NCBI RefSeq assembly: GCF_006345805.1 | Contig: NW_021827663.1 | Span: 1 to 9,940, forward strand | Length of the DNA stretch: 9,940 bases | Direction of reading: 5' to 3' | From: Octopus sinensis | Lineage: Eukaryota | Shown here: positions 8,165 to 9,940 of the stretch, piece after piece | Position numbering within the stretch: position 1 is the stretch's first letter | Layout of the letters: each line of letters opens with the position of its first letter | The notes under the pieces: generated by a model | The model's database searches: none | The model's input: the letters and a program-made list of their open reading frames with translations, nothing else | What the model was told of the DNA's origin: nothing | Made by a program: the position numbers and the translations under genes

Positions 8165-8576
8165 GGCGCAGGAGTGGCTGTGTGGTAAGCAGCTTGCTTA
8201 CCAGCCACATGGTTCTGGGTTCATTCCCACAGCGTGGCACCTTGTGCAAGTGTCTTCTACTATAGCCTCGGTCCGACCAAAGCCTTGTGAGTGGATTTGG
8301 TAGACGGAAACTGAAAGAAGCCCGTCGCAAATATGTATATGTATATATATATATATGTGTGAATGTGTTTGAGTGTCTGTGTTTGTTCCCCCCACCCCCG
8401 ACATCGCTTGACAACCGATGCTGGTGTGTTTACATCCCCGTAACCTAGCGGTTCGGCAAAAGAAACCGATAGAATAAGTACTAGGCGTACAAAGAATAAG
8501 TCCTAGGGTCGATTTGCTCTACTAAAGGCAGTGCTCTAGCATGGCCGCAGTCAAATGACTGAAACAAGTAAAAGAG
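8165..8576 (+). mobile_element. Full-length tRNA-derived SINE with an internal microsatellite (cephalopod-type; short CORE-like segment)
   Basis: A and B boxes; CACCTTG(T/G)GCAAGT, resembling the MIR/CORE start; internal TA/TG tract at 8328-8385; tail ending CTGAAACAAGTAAAAGAG. Four homologous pieces occur in this window. Confidence 0.9.
8175..8228 (+). promoter_or_regulatory. RNA Pol III type 2 internal promoter (A box 8175-8185, B box 8218-8228)
   Basis: TGGCTGTGTGG and GGTTCATTCCC at tRNA-like spacing. Confidence 0.7.
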
Positions 8577-8581
8577 ATACC

Positions 8582-8710
8582 TATATATATATATATATAT
8601 ATATTGATTGATTGATTGATATATACATATACGTATACATATGTATGCATACAAATATATACATATATATTCATATGTATGTACATGTATAAATATGATT
8701 ACTATGTATA
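8582..8710. repeat. (TA)n, then (GATT)n, then a degenerate TA/CA tract
   Basis: Read directly from the sequence. Confidence 0.9.
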
Positions 8711-8714
8711 CGGT

Positions 8715-9157
8715 CAAATTATGAAATAGATGGGAAACGTTTCCTTTTTGCTTTCAATTGTTGTTAACCCCTCCGTGGCTATCCAGCAGACTTTGGTGAA
8801 ACTTGACACGTGTGGGGGACTTATGCCCATGCGGTCACTTACGCACTTGAAATTTTTTAAAAATCGATTTTTAATCAGCATCGATTTTTCAAATGTCGTA
8901 AAACTTCGGCATTTTTTGCACTAGCCGTCATGACATCAATTTGACGAAATCTACTTCCAAAGCGTAAAATTTAGCCATTTTACGTACATGCACAAAAATA
9001 ACGACGACACGGGTTCGCTACCAGACTCTGCTCATTTTTCCGTCAAATTGGTCGTATATAGATTTTATATTTTTGAGAAATGTGGAAATTTGACGAAAAA
9101 TATTTCATAGCAATAAACAGACATTAACGGTAATTTATTATCGGGTACCTCAGCTAG
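8715..9157 (+). mobile_element. Possible second non-autonomous Helitron-like element (5' end not identified; start approximate)
   Basis: Ends CGGGTACCTCAG-CTAG|T at 9157. Contains TTGGTGAAACTTGACACG and several palindromes. The terminal hairpin is incomplete. Confidence 0.4.
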
Positions 9158-9181
9158 TGTGTGTGTGTGTGTATGTATATA

Positions 9182-9216
<35 letters not shown>
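9157..9216. repeat. (GT)n followed by (TA)17
   Basis: Read directly from the sequence. Confidence 0.95.
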
Positions 9217-9219
<3 letters not shown>

Positions 9220-9940
9220 GGTTGTCAGATAAATTCGTTTGGTTTTTTGCCTTTATTTTTTCCATTTATTTTAAACCTTATTTTTCATCAGAAATTTTAA
9301 CAAATTAATCAATCCTAAATTCTCCTTCATTGTCCACGTCCAAGCCATTCTTGCTTACCAGAAGTTCTTGCTTTCCAATGCCTTGACGGTGGAAATTGTT
9401 GGCTCTTGACTCGATGAATTCAGCTCCAAATCTTTGTTTATCGAAACGCCTCGCAGACTGTTAGGGAGCGACCGAGCGAATGCATTCTATCAGGAAAATA
9501 CAATGGGTTCGGTGGATCTTCCCAACTGAGCTCGTGTGTAGCATATTTGGTTAAAGTAGAGGCGTCGGGGAGAGCGTTTCCATGTTGAAGAAGCAGGCCA
9601 AGTTGCCAGTCGGTCGCTTAAACATTATCAATGGAACAAAGGTATCATGAGATCATCATATTTGTTGACCAAGCTTCTAGTGAATGGACGAAAATCCCCG
9701 AGGTTAAGCTCATTTAATCGATCTTCTTGAAACTGAATAAGTCGACCGGAAAGTGGAAAGTCTCTAAGGTCGAATTTCCCTTCCTTGAAGCATGGAAACC
9801 ATTTCTGTTCAGTTCTCTCAGTAACAGGATTTTCTCTGTACACAGCACAAACATCTCGAATGGTTTTGACACCATTGGAACCATGATCGAAAGTAAAGAT
9901 ATGCAAATGTCGGAAATGCTAATTGATTTTTTCTCTCTTG
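9217..9940 (-). mobile_element. Decayed, internally deleted mariner DNA transposon; runs off the right edge
   Basis: Transposase remnants on the minus strand. A candidate TIR CATGGTTGTCAGATAAATTCGTTTGGTTTTTT (9217-9248) abuts TA; its partner TIR is not in the window. Confidence 0.85.
9305..9918 (-). pseudogene. Mariner (Mos1-like) transposase pseudogene
   Basis: N-terminal HTH: HFRHLHIFTFDHG...RDVCAVYREN...QKWF..FKEGKFDLRD..LSGR. Catalytic remnant LLQHGNALPDA...LSWED..NPLYFPD (HGNA 9573-9584 for HDNA; YFPD 9489-9500 for YSPD). C-terminus FIESR..FHRQGI...NEGEFRID* (stop 9305-9307). Confidence 0.88.

Noticed and set aside
8165-8240. tRNA gene
   Set aside because: It has A and B boxes but no convincing cloverleaf, and it continues into a repeated SINE body.

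Overview
Eukaryotic, repeat-saturated non-genic DNA. The SINE family and microsatellite style look cephalopod (Octopus-like); this is recognition from memory, not a database search. No host gene is supportable. Left to right: a frameshifted CR1/L2-group LINE ORF2 (APE endonuclease + RT, 1-2500); four pieces of one tRNA-derived SINE family; a perfect 165-bp inverted repeat around a pure A/T core (3894-4356); a 5'-truncated Penelope-like element (4583-7367); two short Helitron-like elements; and an internally deleted mariner (9217-end). The Penelope-like element is the most notable structure. It has ~650-bp inverted terminal arms, each carrying a minimal type I hammerhead ribozyme motif, plus a short ORF remnant missed by the ORF track and a long patterned 3' region. 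Many element junctions fall in (TA)n tracts. Most short ORFs in the track are microsatellite translations.
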